Of a stretch of DNA of 32,000 bases, positions 17,618 through 26,327 are shown in pieces. A program made the position numbers and the translations under genes. This DNA comes from an uncultured Nitrososphaerota archaeon (GTDB lineage: Archaea > Korarchaeota > Korarchaeia > Korarchaeales > Korarchaeaceae): positions 30,001 to 62,000 of the forward strand of contig CAYZRF010000007.1 in the NCBI GenBank assembly GCA_964480775.1, written 5' to 3'. Each line of letters begins with the position of its first letter. Within the stretch, counting starts at the first letter, position 1. A model generated the notes under the pieces. It saw only the letters and a program-made list of their open reading frames with translations, was not told the DNA's origin and did no database searches.

Positions 17618-18394
17618 TTGCTTAAAAGTGCTGGAAAGCTCCTGATCTCCCTTGGCTTAGCCGCTCTGATATCAATGTTTCTCTTAGTAAGGACAATCCC
17701 AGTGTACATGGGAGGAAGCGCTATAAGATCAACTTGGGTTGATGAGCAGCAGAACATGGTGGGATTCCTGACGACCAGTTCTTGGTTTAGTTTACCGAGG
17801 ATGGAAGGAATTTCATATGAAATTAGTTGCACTGCAAACTTGTATACAAGAAGGATAATGCCTTTGCCGTCCCCAGGCCCCTCAACTGTTCCTGTACCGC
17901 AGCCAAACCTGACTTTAGCCAATTTCACGGTTCATCAAATGAGGCTTTACATCATCAACAAATCTGCCGCCAGCGAAAGTGGGCTGACATGGGCCCTTTC
18001 TAATCCAAGTTCGGAGATATTAAGCGTGCTTGAGGAATATTCATCAATAACAACTGATTTGAAGGAGGAAGTGTCCCCATACAAACCAGCTTATGTCATT
18101 ACTTACGAGGAAAAGCTATCCCTTAAGCCAATAAACGAAGAGAGAATAGCCGTGCTTGTGATGCTTTCTAATGCTACAGGCGGTATAATCGAGCCAAATG
18201 TTGAGTTCACCATCTTGATGAATGTAAAACCAGTTCCGCGTCAGTACCTTAGAGGGCTGTACATACTGGCAGCTGGGACCTCTCTGATAATTCTACACTA
18301 TCTTAGGCATCCTGATGAAGCTAAAGAGCTATCGGCAACTCTCAGAAGAAGGTTCCCTCTTCTCTTTGGGAAATCCACCAGAGAGAGAAGCTGA
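17618..18394 (+). CDS. bitopic membrane protein with extracytoplasmic domain, function unknown
   Basis: The TTG start is preceded by GAGGTGA (17606-17612), which spans the end of the upstream gene. N-terminal TM LLISLGLAALISMFLLV and C-terminal TM LYILAAGTSLIILHYL. The middle part is Pro-rich and contains several sequons. Confidence 0.5.
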   Translation: MLKSAGKLLISLGLAALISMFLLVRTIPVYMGGSAIRSTWVDEQQNMVGFLTTSSWFSLPRMEGISYEISCTANLYTRRIMPLPSPGPSTVPVPQPNLTLANFTVHQMRLYIINKSAASESGLTWALSNPSSEILSVLEEYSSITTDLKEEVSPYKPAYVITYEEKLSLKPINEERIAVLVMLSNATGGIIEPNVEFTILMNVKPVPRQYLRGLYILAAGTSLIILHYLRHPDEAKELSATLRRRFPLLFGKSTRERS

Positions 18395-19328
18395 TAACGG
18401 CTAAAAGAAGCAAGGGATACTTAGATAGAGGAATTTGGCTTTCTACGTACTCCTCTACATGAGTCTTAACCTCTACTCTTCCAAAAACCTCTCCTACCTT
18501 ATTTGCCAAATCCTCCAAGGATTGAACCAAGTTCTGAACTGTTCCAGCTGTGTGCTGCTCTCCTCCTGTCTGCTCAGCCATGTATTTAGTTTCAAGCTCA
18601 CCTTTATCGCCTTTTGGTCCAATATACACAGAGAATATCGGAATTCCAGCATTTGAGAACTCAGAAAGAATATTTCTATATTCTTGCACGTCTGCTGGCA
18701 TGCCATCTGTAACGAATACGAGGGCGCATGGGATGTTGAAATACCTGTACGCCCTAAGCCAGGAAAGGGCTGTCATCATAGGGTTGCTGTACATGGTTCC
18801 TCCCTCAGGCTTAAGTTGAAGAACAATGTCCTCCACAGCACTCCTATCATCCGTTATGGGCACCTGAGCAACAAGCTCCCCCGAAAACGCGATTAAACCG
18901 ACATCTATGCCCTCAGGAAGTTCTTTTAAGAAGGTCTGAATCGCCTTTTTGGCTGCTTCAATTTTAACCCCGCCAAGAATAGTATCTGACATGCTGCCTG
19001 AGACATCCATGGCGATGACGACGGCTGGGTTGGCCACCTGATAGGAGTACTCCACTTCTCCAGTGACTTCTCTTAAAATCTTCCTTTTCACGGTTACGGT
19101 GGGCGAAGCTAGGGCTATACAAGTAAGGATCAATAAGCATACCTTCATAAGGGTTCTCTTTCCTTCCCTTCTCTGCTTTTCCTTGGCAATTACCGAAATA
19201 AGAGGATATCGGAAAACGAGCGACCCTTTCAGCTTCTTTAACAACCACCTGTTCACAACAAGGAGTGCTAACCCCGCAAAGAATAAGATCAGGCTTAGAA
19301 GCGGGTTCTCGAAAGATATTCTCGCCAT
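18342..19328 (-). CDS. BatA/BatB-like membrane-anchored von Willebrand factor A protein
   Basis: Start taken at MARISFENPLLSLILFF (BatA-like N-terminus), overlapping the upstream stop as TAATG. vWA with MIDAS DVSGS, plus GGTMY and VFVTDG. C-terminal TM YPLLLLAVISFSLWWI. Confidence 0.8.
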   Translation of the reverse strand: MARISFENPLLSLILFFAGLALLVVNRWLLKKLKGSLVFRYPLISVIAKEKQRREGKRTLMKVCLLILTCIALASPTVTVKRKILREVTGEVEYSYQVANPAVVIAMDVSGSMSDTILGGVKIEAAKKAIQTFLKELPEGIDVGLIAFSGELVAQVPITDDRSAVEDIVLQLKPEGGTMYSNPMMTALSWLRAYRYFNIPCALVFVTDGMPADVQEYRNILSEFSNAGIPIFSVYIGPKGDKGELETKYMAEQTGGEQHTAGTVQNLVQSLEDLANKVGEVFGRVEVKTHVEEYVESQIPLSKYPLLLLAVISFSLWWISQREEGTFF

Positions 19329-20269
19329 TAAGCCCCACCTAGAATCTGAAGTAAGATTAGAATCCCAAGACATGTAAGGAGGGCTTTGTGAGCTGATTCA
19401 TAGTCTTTCAGGGTAACCTCAACTGAAAGCTTATTGGAAGATTCCAAGGCTTTATAACCAGCCGACCTAGCCGATTCCTTTGCTAGAGACGAAATTTCTT
19501 CGATAGATGCTTGTTCTAATCTGAAAAAGTGTCCATTGGTGGATTCAGCCATCTCTTTCATCAGTTTAGGATTGGCCCTTGGGCCCGTACCTACCTGTAC
19601 GGATATTATGGAGTAATTCCACTCTGCCAGAGCCTTAGCAGCCTCAAGTGGATCGGATCCCCCATTATTTCCTCCATCAGAAACTAGAACTATTGAGCTA
19701 GGGATATCAGAGGTTCTTGCTAGGTAAGAGGCAAAAAGAAGCGCATCTCCAATGGATGTGTAGCTCTCGTTTGGGCTAAGTAATCTTAGAACTTCCTTGG
19801 CCCCAGAAACGTTACCACTGTAGACTAATTCAGCCGACCCATAGAACTTCACCAGGCTAATGGTGACATTGGGCCCAAATTCGCTGAGAAAATTGTGCAA
19901 AAAATCTCTTGCTACTTCAAACCGGGATTCGTACTTCATGCTCTTAGATACGTCTAGTAGCAAGATCACGTTAAGTCCTTGGATATTCTGCAAGTCTATT
20001 TTGTCAGGTGTTATTTCCATGGTCTGAACCTTAACGAAATATGGATCTGCAAGCAAAAGAGCTAAGCATAGCACAAAGGCAAACCTTGAGATGAGTACCA
20101 ACCTGTAAAAGTTTCTCCAAGCTGTTGCGCCTTTGAAATCAAATTCCCTTTTCATGTTAGAGACAAGCTTCCTAACCTTGAGACTTAAACGCAAGAGTAG
20201 GGTCCAACCTAAGCAGGAGAAGAAGAGTAAAGTCCAAACTCTATCAACCCCAAAACTAAACTCAATCAT
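19328..20269 (-). CDS. BatA/BatB-like membrane-anchored von Willebrand factor A protein
   Basis: Start taken at MIEFSFGVDRVWTLLFF, overlapping the upstream stop as ATGATTGA. vWA with MIDAS DVSKS, plus TSIGDAL and LVSDGGNNGG. N-terminal TMs and C-terminal TM LLTCLGILILLQIL. Confidence 0.8.
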   Translation of the reverse strand: MIEFSFGVDRVWTLLFFSCLGWTLLLRLSLKVRKLVSNMKREFDFKGATAWRNFYRLVLISRFAFVLCLALLLADPYFVKVQTMEITPDKIDLQNIQGLNVILLLDVSKSMKYESRFEVARDFLHNFLSEFGPNVTISLVKFYGSAELVYSGNVSGAKEVLRLLSPNESYTSIGDALLFASYLARTSDIPSSIVLVSDGGNNGGSDPLEAAKALAEWNYSIISVQVGTGPRANPKLMKEMAESTNGHFFRLEQASIEEISSLAKESARSAGYKALESSNKLSVEVTLKDYESAHKALLTCLGILILLQILGGA

Positions 20270-21218
20270 CAGGTCTCTCCTCCCTTCCGGCTCCGGATCC
20301 AAGCAAACCCCCTTGTTGAAGTTGCTGGCAGGTACAAGGAAGTTGCATAAGGGATTTGAACCTCCCAATCTGATACGCAAATCTGCCAGCGTTTGAAGGA
20401 TTGAGGTTCTGAGAAGCTTGTATAGCTGCTTGAATTCCCTCATTTTCAAGAAATTCGCTTAGATTCACGTCTATCTGCTCTCCTAATTCCAGGGAAAGAG
20501 CAGTCTTCAATATTTTTTCGACCTCTTCAGGCTTTTCCTTAACCAAAAGGAACAGGGATATGACCTGATCTAACTCATTTTCAAGTTCTTCTAACCTGCT
20601 TAATGACTCGTTTACAGCTAGTTCGTGAGCCTCTGAAAACAATGAGCTTTGATCTATCTCGATAAGGCGTTTAATGGAATTGCCTACAAGTAAACGGGCT
20701 CCTATGACTTGAGACTCGACACCGCTCCAAACGCCAAGGGCTTCTATGACGTTTCCTTTGAGTAGAAGATCCAACGCAAGCATAACCCCCGGTCTAGCCT
20801 CATCCAGCAATAATGCTGTTTTACTAGAATTGATTGACGCTGATGATACATTTTCATAAGAATAGGTGGCATCCAACAATCTTTCCCTGAGAGAACCTCC
20901 TACAGTTGCTTTCACTACCTCTTCAACTTCTTCAAGCGATTTAAGAGCTGATTCAGCAGTAGCACCAATGTCTAAGATCTCGTTATCATTTACATCAGAC
21001 CAGATGGAGTCATGAGCTAACTTCGAAGATACGTTGATCGATCTCACAGACAGTTCAGCCAAAGGAGCAAGGTCTTTGACCCTCTCAGGGTTTATCCTCC
21101 TCTTACCTGTCGATATCAAAGGGTAGAAGAAGGCTACTGACAAGAGCAGAAGGAAGACGATTACTCCTAGAGTTGCTATCTTCCTAGCGTTGATTTGCTT
21201 CAACTTGAGCTTAAGCAT
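20262..21218 (-). CDS. single-pass membrane protein with long helical/coiled-coil ectodomain, function unknown
   Basis: Start taken at MLKLKLKQ, overlapping the DUF58 stop as ATGCTTAA; 21236 is the alternative. TM IATLGVIVFLLLLSVAFFYPLI. The rest is E/L-rich and helical. It occupies the position held by a small TM protein in bacterial Bat operons. Confidence 0.5.
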   Translation of the reverse strand: MLKLKLKQINARKIATLGVIVFLLLLSVAFFYPLISTGKRRINPERVKDLAPLAELSVRSINVSSKLAHDSIWSDVNDNEILDIGATAESALKSLEEVEEVVKATVGGSLRERLLDATYSYENVSSASINSSKTALLLDEARPGVMLALDLLLKGNVIEALGVWSGVESQVIGARLLVGNSIKRLIEIDQSSLFSEAHELAVNESLSRLEELENELDQVISLFLLVKEKPEEVEKILKTALSLELGEQIDVNLSEFLENEGIQAAIQASQNLNPSNAGRFAYQIGRFKSLMQLPCTCQQLQQGGLLGSGAGREERPDD

Positions 21219-22107
21219 ACGCCATCTCCCTCGCACTTACGTACAACCATGCCAACCTAGATCCAGACTGCTCAGCTCCCTTTATTCCCACGAACTCTAC
21301 GTTAGGAACACCCCATCTCCTTAAAACCGAACCTATCTTGGCTCTATGAAGCTGTAGCTCCTCAGAAAGTTCCTTTTTATGGATTTCGACGAAAGAAATC
21401 CCTTCCTCAGGATCCAGTATCAGGGAAGACCCGATCTCAGGCAATGACACCTCGCTTCTGTCGGAGGAGAAAGCTATTCCCACCCCGTTCTTAACCGCTC
21501 TCATGGCTCCAAAGAAACTTGATAGTTCCTCAGGTGTGTGAGCTATGTCTGTTACTAGGATCACAGGACTCCTTCTCCTCGCAAGCCTAAGAACTATCTT
21601 CTTCATCATATCCAGACTTACCTTTCCTCCAGGGCCAGGTCCCTTGCAGATATAGGCTATTGTGGCATAGGCTGCGAGTCCAGGATCTATATGAGGGAGA
21701 ACTAAGGGATCTCCACTGCCAGTAACGATTATGGTAATCCTATCGTCTAGGTTTAAGGCAAGGGTTGATAGGAAGGAGATGGCATAGATGCCAGCAGCCA
21801 GCTTTTCCTTATAATCCATAGAAGCTGAGGCATCGAGAATGAGTACAGATTCCAGAGATCTTTCAGCCCTTCTTTCTCTGAGGATGAACTTCTGTTTGCC
21901 ATCTGAACCTATGGCTCTGCTTGACAACCTCCAATCTATGAACCTGAAATCATCTCCTGGTGCGTATTCCCTGTAATCTTCGGGCTCGACGCCTATTCCT
22001 CTAGATTTCACAGCAGTCTGCCCAACCAAGTAAGGCATTGCCCTCCTTCTAGCAGTCTCAATCAGTTTTCCAGCGATTGAACATAGGTTCTCAGAGTTCA
22101 ACTCCAT
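21211..22107 (-). CDS. DUF58-family protein (vWA-like fold)
   Basis: Hallmark DUF58 motif YREYAPGDDFRFIDWRLSSR, followed by a MIDAS-like LILDASASM. First gene of the coupled four-gene operon. Confidence 0.8.
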   Translation of the reverse strand: MELNSENLCSIAGKLIETARRRAMPYLVGQTAVKSRGIGVEPEDYREYAPGDDFRFIDWRLSSRAIGSDGKQKFILRERRAERSLESVLILDASASMDYKEKLAAGIYAISFLSTLALNLDDRITIIVTGSGDPLVLPHIDPGLAAYATIAYICKGPGPGGKVSLDMMKKIVLRLARRRSPVILVTDIAHTPEELSSFFGAMRAVKNGVGIAFSSDRSEVSLPEIGSSLILDPEEGISFVEIHKKELSEELQLHRAKIGSVLRRWGVPNVEFVGIKGAEQSGSRLAWLYVSAREMAYA

Positions 22108-22125
22108 GTTATTGGTGCGTGTGCC

Positions 22126-22132
22126 TTTTTAT
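22126..22132. promoter_or_regulatory. single A/T box (TTTTTAT / ATAAAAA) in the 46-bp divergent intergenic region
   Basis: It is the only A/T-rich element between the DUF58 ATG (22107, minus) and the PRC-barrel-like ATG (22154, plus). It is centred about 22 and 25 nt from the two start codons. Confidence 0.35.
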
Positions 22133-22153
22133 CTTCACCTGTCTTATTCCAAG

Positions 22154-22951
22154 ATGCCTCAGTTTTACGACGAAAGAGAGCTAGAAGGAGCCCTTGTGGT
22201 CGACAGCGAGGGGCTCATATATGGAAAAGTTTCGACGATCTCGGTTGAAGAGGACGGCGTGAAGCTGCACGTACGGGTTGATGTGCTTGCTGAGGTGGAA
22301 GAGGTAGATGTTGAGAGGCTCAGGGAGCAGTTAAAGGGCAAGGTCCCAGAGGGGATTGAGGACGAAGAAATAGTATCTATAGCCAAGTCGTTTGGCCTAG
22401 AGCTTCCGAAGAAATTGGTAAAGAGAGAACTTCAACATGAGAAAGGGGTTGTACCAGTCGAACAGATAGCATGCATAGCTGAAGGTGGCGACGTTAGAGT
22501 AGTCGTCCTTTCAACCCCAAGAGAGGCCAAGTACAGGGGAATAGAGGAGAGAAAGCCAGAGTATGCCGATTTGACTGGTATAAAGGGAAAGATCGTTATA
22601 TCCTTCTCTGGAGAGGTTCTAGGGGAGGCAGTTGGCATCGTTGTCAGCGCAGGGAAGCCAGGAATAAGAGTTAGAAGGCTGTCAGCAAAGAAAACCATTA
22701 ACTGGTTGCGTTTATTGAGGGATTTAAAGAGAGAAAAGAGAGATGCCGCTCTTAGGTTGGAAGCAAAGCTAGACCCATATAAAAATCCAAAGATATCGCT
22801 AGAGAGGGCTGACGATATTGTTAATCTCCTTAGAGGTGAGGGAATTGATCCAGGTTTGATTGAAAACTACGTAGAGGAACCAGAAGGACGCTCATATATT
22901 GATGTCTCTTGGGATGACATCAAGAAGATCGGGGACGTGGTTCTACTATGA
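22154..22951 (+). CDS. hypothetical protein, possibly two PRC-barrel-like repeats
   Basis: Trimmed to MPQFYDERELEG. Two segments, LEGALVVDSEGLIYGKVSTISVEEDGVKLHV and LTGIKGKIVISFSGEVLGEAVGIVVSAGKPGIRV, resemble the PRC-barrel pattern. Weak assignment from memory. Confidence 0.4.
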   Translation: MPQFYDERELEGALVVDSEGLIYGKVSTISVEEDGVKLHVRVDVLAEVEEVDVERLREQLKGKVPEGIEDEEIVSIAKSFGLELPKKLVKRELQHEKGVVPVEQIACIAEGGDVRVVVLSTPREAKYRGIEERKPEYADLTGIKGKIVISFSGEVLGEAVGIVVSAGKPGIRVRRLSAKKTINWLRLLRDLKREKRDAALRLEAKLDPYKNPKISLERADDIVNLLRGEGIDPGLIENYVEEPEGRSYIDVSWDDIKKIGDVVLL

Positions 22952-23041
22952 ACCTGAGCAGCACTAGCGAGAAACTCTAGATAACCTCCGCGAAAGGTAT
23001 TGAAAATAACTTTCTCTCTATTTTGCTCATATTGACTTAAA

Positions 23042-23746
23042 CTAGATCCTCTTAGGTAAGATCGTAACGTCTCCGACCTCAACCCCGTAAGGTTGCCTTA
23101 GCACAAATACAACGGCTTCTGCTACATCCTCTGGTTCAAGAATTCCTGGTCTCAGGCGTCCTACGCTTTCGAGTAGCTTCGTTCTAACTGCCCCCGGATA
23201 TATTCCTGATATCTTAATGCCTGTTCCTCTCAATTCAGCCCTTAGCCCTTCCGTAAGCACTCTTAATGCGTGTTTTGAGGCACAATATGGTACCCACCCG
23301 GGTTCAACAATCATTCCCAGCATAGAAACCATGTTTATTATATGCCCAGTTCCCCGAGCTACCATCCTAGGTAGAACCTTCATCGTTAGATAGTAGGCAC
23401 CAAAGAAATTGACGTTCATCATTTCAACAACCTTTTCTAAGGGGATTCTCATGAGTTCACCGTAGTAGGCCATTCCTGCGTTATTTATGAGGAAGTCAAT
23501 GTTAGAAAAGTGCGTCATCGTCTCTTTGTAATACCTGTCGACATCTTCTGGCTTGGAAATGTCGCCTACAGTATAATAAACCTCAACGCCAAACTTTTTC
23601 GCTTCGTTAACAGTCTCGATGAGCTCGCTCTCCGTTCTTGCAAGCAGGGATAGGTTTGCTCCTTCTTTAGCCAACTTTAGGGCTATTGCCTTACCAATTC
23701 CTCTTCCAGCTCCTGTTATCATACCATACGATCCTTTCAGTTGCAT
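23042..23746 (-). CDS. short-chain dehydrogenase/reductase (SDR) family oxidoreductase
   Basis: Cofactor motif ITGAGRGIGKAIA, plus NNAG and the catalytic YCASKHAL. Confidence 0.9.
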   Translation of the reverse strand: MQLKGSYGMITGAGRGIGKAIALKLAKEGANLSLLARTESELIETVNEAKKFGVEVYYTVGDISKPEDVDRYYKETMTHFSNIDFLINNAGMAYYGELMRIPLEKVVEMMNVNFFGAYYLTMKVLPRMVARGTGHIINMVSMLGMIVEPGWVPYCASKHALRVLTEGLRAELRGTGIKISGIYPGAVRTKLLESVGRLRPGILEPEDVAEAVVFVLRQPYGVEVGDVTILPKRI

Positions 23747-23770
23747 ACCGCATCATCTTGGATGACAAAC

Positions 23771-23776
23771 TATATA
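23771..23776. promoter_or_regulatory. palindromic TATATA box between the divergent SDR and MoxR genes
   Basis: CTATATAG is centred about 27 nt from the SDR ATG (23746) and about 41 nt from the MoxR ATG (23815). The MoxR ATG is preceded by GTGAG. Confidence 0.3.
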
Positions 23777-23814
23777 GCAGTTTCCATTGCTTGGACTCTA
23801 TAGATGTGAGACCG

Positions 23815-24876
23815 ATGGAGGTCAGAGAGATAGAAGAAACCGCTTCAAAAATAACCTCTTCCCTGAACAAGGCTGTAATAGGGTACGAAAAAGAGCTTAA
23901 GCTCATTCTAGTTGCTTTACTATCAAATGGACACGTGCTTCTTGAAGGAGTTCCCGGGATAGCCAAGACAACAGCAGTAAAAGGATTAGCCAAGCTGATA
24001 GGTCTCGACGCAATCAGTAAAACTGAGATAGAGGGAGTTCCATTTAGAGGTTTGAGCAGAGTCCAGTGTACCCCGGACCTCATGCCCTCTGACATAACGG
24101 GGAGCCTCATCTACAATCCCAAAGACCTGAAATTTGAGCCAAGGTTCGGGCCAATTTTCAGCTACATCTTGCTAGCAGACGAGATAAACAGGGCAATACC
24201 TAGAACTCAATCAGCTCTTCTACAGGCAATGCAAGAGAGAGAGGTAACTATAGGAGACAAGACTTACAGGTTGGAGTATAGGGACAAGGGAAAGTTCTTC
24301 TTTGTACTTGCCACACAAAATCCCGTCGAGTATGAAGGAACTTATCCGCTTCCAGAAGCCCAGCTTGACAGATTTCTGATGAGGATTGTGATGGAATACC
24401 CAGAAACTCTAGAGGAAGAGAAACAGATACTCAGACTCCATATGGCTAGGTTAATGGAGCCAATAGAGGAGCTGGATAAGGTAATAGATCCAAGTTGGAT
24501 AATAGCTGCGCAAGAGTCTATAGCTTTAAACGTAAAGGTTCCAGAATCCACACTCGAATATATCACGCGAGGAATCAGATATACTAGGCCAGAAATGTTC
24601 GAGCCTGTAAGAGAATCCTTGCTTTTGGGTGCGAGTCCGAGGGCTGGGATCTACCTAATGAGAGCCTCAAAAGTTCATGCTGCATTGAGAGGTAGTGAGG
24701 AGGTTCTTCCTGAGGACGTAGATGCAGTCGCATCTGCTGTCTTGAATCACAGGCTAATTCCAAATCCCGAGAAGCTGGTTGAACTTAGAATGAGCGGGGA
24801 GACATTCACTTCATCGTATAAAATAGCGAAAGAGGCCATAGAACTTGCTCTAAGGACAGCTAAAAGGGAGTTATAA
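23815..24876 (+). CDS. MoxR-family AAA+ ATPase
   Basis: Trimmed to MEVREIEE. Walker A LLEGVPGIAKTT, Walker B/sensor LLADEINRAIPRTQSALLQAMQEREVT, and VLATQNPVEYEGTYPLPEAQLDRF. The track N-terminal extension (23686-23814) runs through the SDR promoter region. Confidence 0.9.
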   Translation: MEVREIEETASKITSSLNKAVIGYEKELKLILVALLSNGHVLLEGVPGIAKTTAVKGLAKLIGLDAISKTEIEGVPFRGLSRVQCTPDLMPSDITGSLIYNPKDLKFEPRFGPIFSYILLADEINRAIPRTQSALLQAMQEREVTIGDKTYRLEYRDKGKFFFVLATQNPVEYEGTYPLPEAQLDRFLMRIVMEYPETLEEEKQILRLHMARLMEPIEELDKVIDPSWIIAAQESIALNVKVPESTLEYITRGIRYTRPEMFEPVRESLLLGASPRAGIYLMRASKVHAALRGSEEVLPEDVDAVASAVLNHRLIPNPEKLVELRMSGETFTSSYKIAKEAIELALRTAKREL

Positions 24877-24917
24877 GGCACAGTGGTCTCGAAAAATAAA
24901 GAGAGTAATGGAAAATC

Positions 24918-25295
24918 TTAATGAATCATGAGACTTACCGTTATAACAACTAGCACGAAGGATGTTATTAGAGTGTATTTATAGTTCTTGACAACAATAA
25001 AGTAAGCCACAGATAGCACAGCCCTTAGGTAGGGAGTAAACATCAAGACAACCAACCCGAGGGACATAAGGTTGGTGTAGTTTGGTCTTCTTATCATAGA
25101 ATTAATCGTTCTTACAGCGTATGAGAAGAAGTGCTCTTCCTGAATGCATAGATTTTGATCCAAGATTATGTTCGTGTTGTTGCTAGTAGATATGTAAAGA
25201 ACAAGCCCCGCTACTTCCAAGGAAAGCGCTACTATAACACAAATCAGGAGAGCATATCCTATAATCGATTCCAAAGCAATAGGATTACGAGACAA
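24918..25295 (-). CDS. small polytopic membrane protein, DUF1634-like
   Basis: 125 aa with 3-4 TM helices. Overlaps the end of the upstream TauE/SafE gene by 11 nt. A small membrane partner after TauE genes is the usual DUF1634 arrangement (from memory). Confidence 0.5.
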   Translation of the reverse strand: MSRNPIALESIIGYALLICVIVALSLEVAGLVLYISTSNNTNIILDQNLCIQEEHFFSYAVRTINSMIRRPNYTNLMSLGLVVLMFTPYLRAVLSVAYFIVVKNYKYTLITSFVLVVITVSLMIH

Positions 25296-26121
25296 CCGAT
25301 ACCACCCCTTTGTAAACCATCTGAACTATGAGATAGACTAGTACTACGATGAAGAGCAGGCGAACAGTCCTGTTTGACAATTTATTGAGGATACGCGTAC
25401 CTGCTAGAGAGCCAATAGTTGTACCTATGGCCATGGGAGCGGCTAACGTCAGATTGATGAGGCCTGATGCTATGAATACACTTGATCCTGCTAAGGCCGT
25501 CATGCCTATTATGAAATTGCTGGTGGAACTTGATACCTTGGAAGGCATTTTCAGAATCAACTCATATATGGCAACCTTGAATGCTCCAGCTCCAATTCCA
25601 AGCATGCCAGCCGCTAGACCAGCAATAATCATCCCCAATCCTCCCCACAGCGCATTAGTCGCCTTGTAATGCACCTCTCTGCCAAGAACTTCGTCAAAAT
25701 AGGAGCCTTCTAACTCAAGCCATTTAGAAATCCTATCTTGGACGGTGTTTTCAGGAATTTCTTTGTTCATCTCACGCCTAACTCCGTAGAAAGAAGAGGT
25801 AAGAAAGGCAGCAAAGAAAAAATACAGATATTTGCTAGGAGCAAAAAGTGCAATGTATGCTCCGATTATTGCGCCAGTAACCGTGAAAATTTCTAAATAC
25901 ATTGAAGCCTTTATGTTCGTTAGTTTTTCTCTTACATATGCTGAAGCAGATCCGCTAGAAGTTGCTATAATTGTGATCATGCTGTTTGCTATCGCATATT
26001 TCACCGGAATTCCTGTGGCTACAAGAAAAGGCACCATAATAGAACCGCCACCAAGTCCGGTAATAGCCCCTAGGAATCCTGCAAACGACGAAGCTAGCAA
26101 TACTATTACCATGTTAGCCAT
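25285..26121 (-). CDS. TauE/SafE-family (DUF81) anion exporter permease
   Basis: 278 aa, polytopic. Family motif GLGGGSIMVPFLV in the first half and GIGAGAFKV in the second half. Confidence 0.8.
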   Translation of the reverse strand: MANMVIVLLASSFAGFLGAITGLGGGSIMVPFLVATGIPVKYAIANSMITIIATSSGSASAYVREKLTNIKASMYLEIFTVTGAIIGAYIALFAPSKYLYFFFAAFLTSSFYGVRREMNKEIPENTVQDRISKWLELEGSYFDEVLGREVHYKATNALWGGLGMIIAGLAAGMLGIGAGAFKVAIYELILKMPSKVSSSTSNFIIGMTALAGSSVFIASGLINLTLAAPMAIGTTIGSLAGTRILNKLSNRTVRLLFIVVLVYLIVQMVYKGVVSVVS

Positions 26122-26327
26122 ACGAAAGCAGCACTCCCCAAGTTTTCTATAAACTATTACTAAATCCCAAGATCCGCTGCTCGTTTTAATGATCCTGATA
26201 TGTCCGCACTATCTTCAAATTTTAGTCTGAGTAGGTATAAGTAACTGAGACAAGCCTCCAACCCCCTACAGACGTCATCCGTCAAGATAATATAATATCT
26301 GAAGAGTGCTCCCTGAGGTGCCTGAAA

